In this document: piece after piece, positions 63,193 through 64,000 of the stretch
Numbering within the stretch: position 1 is the first letter of the stretch
Layout of the letters: every line of letters starts with the position of its first letter
Assembly (NCBI RefSeq): GCF_001194135.2
Contig: NC_068984.1
Coordinates: 52,946,786 to 53,010,785, forward strand
Source of the DNA: Octopus bimaculoides
Lineage: Eukaryota
Reading direction: 5' to 3'
Length of the DNA stretch: 64,000 bases
Made by a program: the position numbers and the translations under genes
The notes under the pieces: generated by a model
Databases searched by the model: none
What the model was told of the DNA's origin: nothing
The model's input: only the letters and a program-made list of their open reading frames with translations

Positions 63193-64000
63193 TTCTCTAG
63201 ATGGTCATTACAAACAAACGTATCACCATCAAATCACACCCTACCATCTTAAAAATAAAGAACACATTGAATTTAGATGTATGTCTGAAAACAAAAGATA
63301 GTATGTCATGGTTGGAATGCTTTTGATCATAAGCCAATGCAATCAGAAATGATCTGGAATAAGCAACAACAACAACATTTACTAAATGGGCCAAAGAAGA
63401 AATCTGTATGCAGTCAGTCTGCTAGAAATACTATTGAAGTTAAATGTCTCTCAAATCAAATCATACCACTTAAAAAATAAAATGTACATAAAAAGACAGG
63501 ATAGTCATAGATTAGAATGGTTTCGGCTATTGATCTGCTCAATCAAGGCTGATCTAAAGTTAACCCCTTTGGCTAAAAAAAAAATGGATTTAATTTTAAA
63601 GATTTGTTATTAAATAGGATATTAACTACATAACATCTACACAGAAGTATTGTGTTTTAAACAGAACTGAAAATACTGCAGAAATTTTTATACAGAAGAG
63701 ACTGAACAGAAAAATTAGTTGAAAATGTGCAATCAGAGTTTACTAATATTTAGGCAAACTTAATAGAGCAACAATTTAGTTCTAAGTACAGAAGGATCCA
63801 GTCTGAGAGGAAGAAAACAAGAACTATTTTAAGTACCAAAATCTTACTCCAGTAGTTAATTTCAGGAAAATAAGTAACTGACACTCTTCATATTACAAAT
63901 TATTGATTACATAAGTTATGCAAGTAGTATTTTGTGAAGCAGATGAAAGTTGTAAATTTCTGAGCAATAAGTACACATTTTCTTCAAATTAGTTATAGCA

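Noticed and set aside
57-64000. CRISPR arrays, rRNA genes, prokaryotic operons
   Set aside because: The DNA is eukaryotic with spliceosomal introns; the tandem repeats lack unique spacers and no rRNA-like sequence was seen.

Overview
AT-rich, microsatellite- and retroposon-dense animal genomic DNA, most likely an octopod cephalopod (inferred from the repeat families and protein divergence). It has two large N gaps (18201-19124, 19915-20588) and three 10-N gaps. Two protein-coding genes are well supported on the + strand. (1) The 3' 14 coding exons of TMF1 (TATA element modulatory factor / golgin), 504-21273, with all GT-AG phases consistent. (2) A complete 4-exon CDK9, 31824-42670, 366 aa. 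A third, unidentified spliced gene is probable on the - strand: three phase-compatible exons at 53055-52892, 50999-50936 and 49571-49526, convergent with CDK9, none in the ORF track. The rest is transposon-derived: several tRNA-head SINE families, an RTE-type LINE with a C4HC3 PHD-like finger inside its RT, two Penelope-like (RT/GIY-YIG) remnants, a deleted mariner, a Helitron/Helentron-like element and MITEs. The most striking structure is a ~2.1 kb nested fold-back Penelope-like locus just downstream of TMF1 (22660-24760) with three hammerhead-ribozyme motifs, one with an intact catalytic core. Other leads are a possible CUG-initiated N-terminal extension of CDK9 and 3'-biased loss of three CDK9 introns. 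All homology calls come from reading the sequence and recalling family motifs; no database searches were run.
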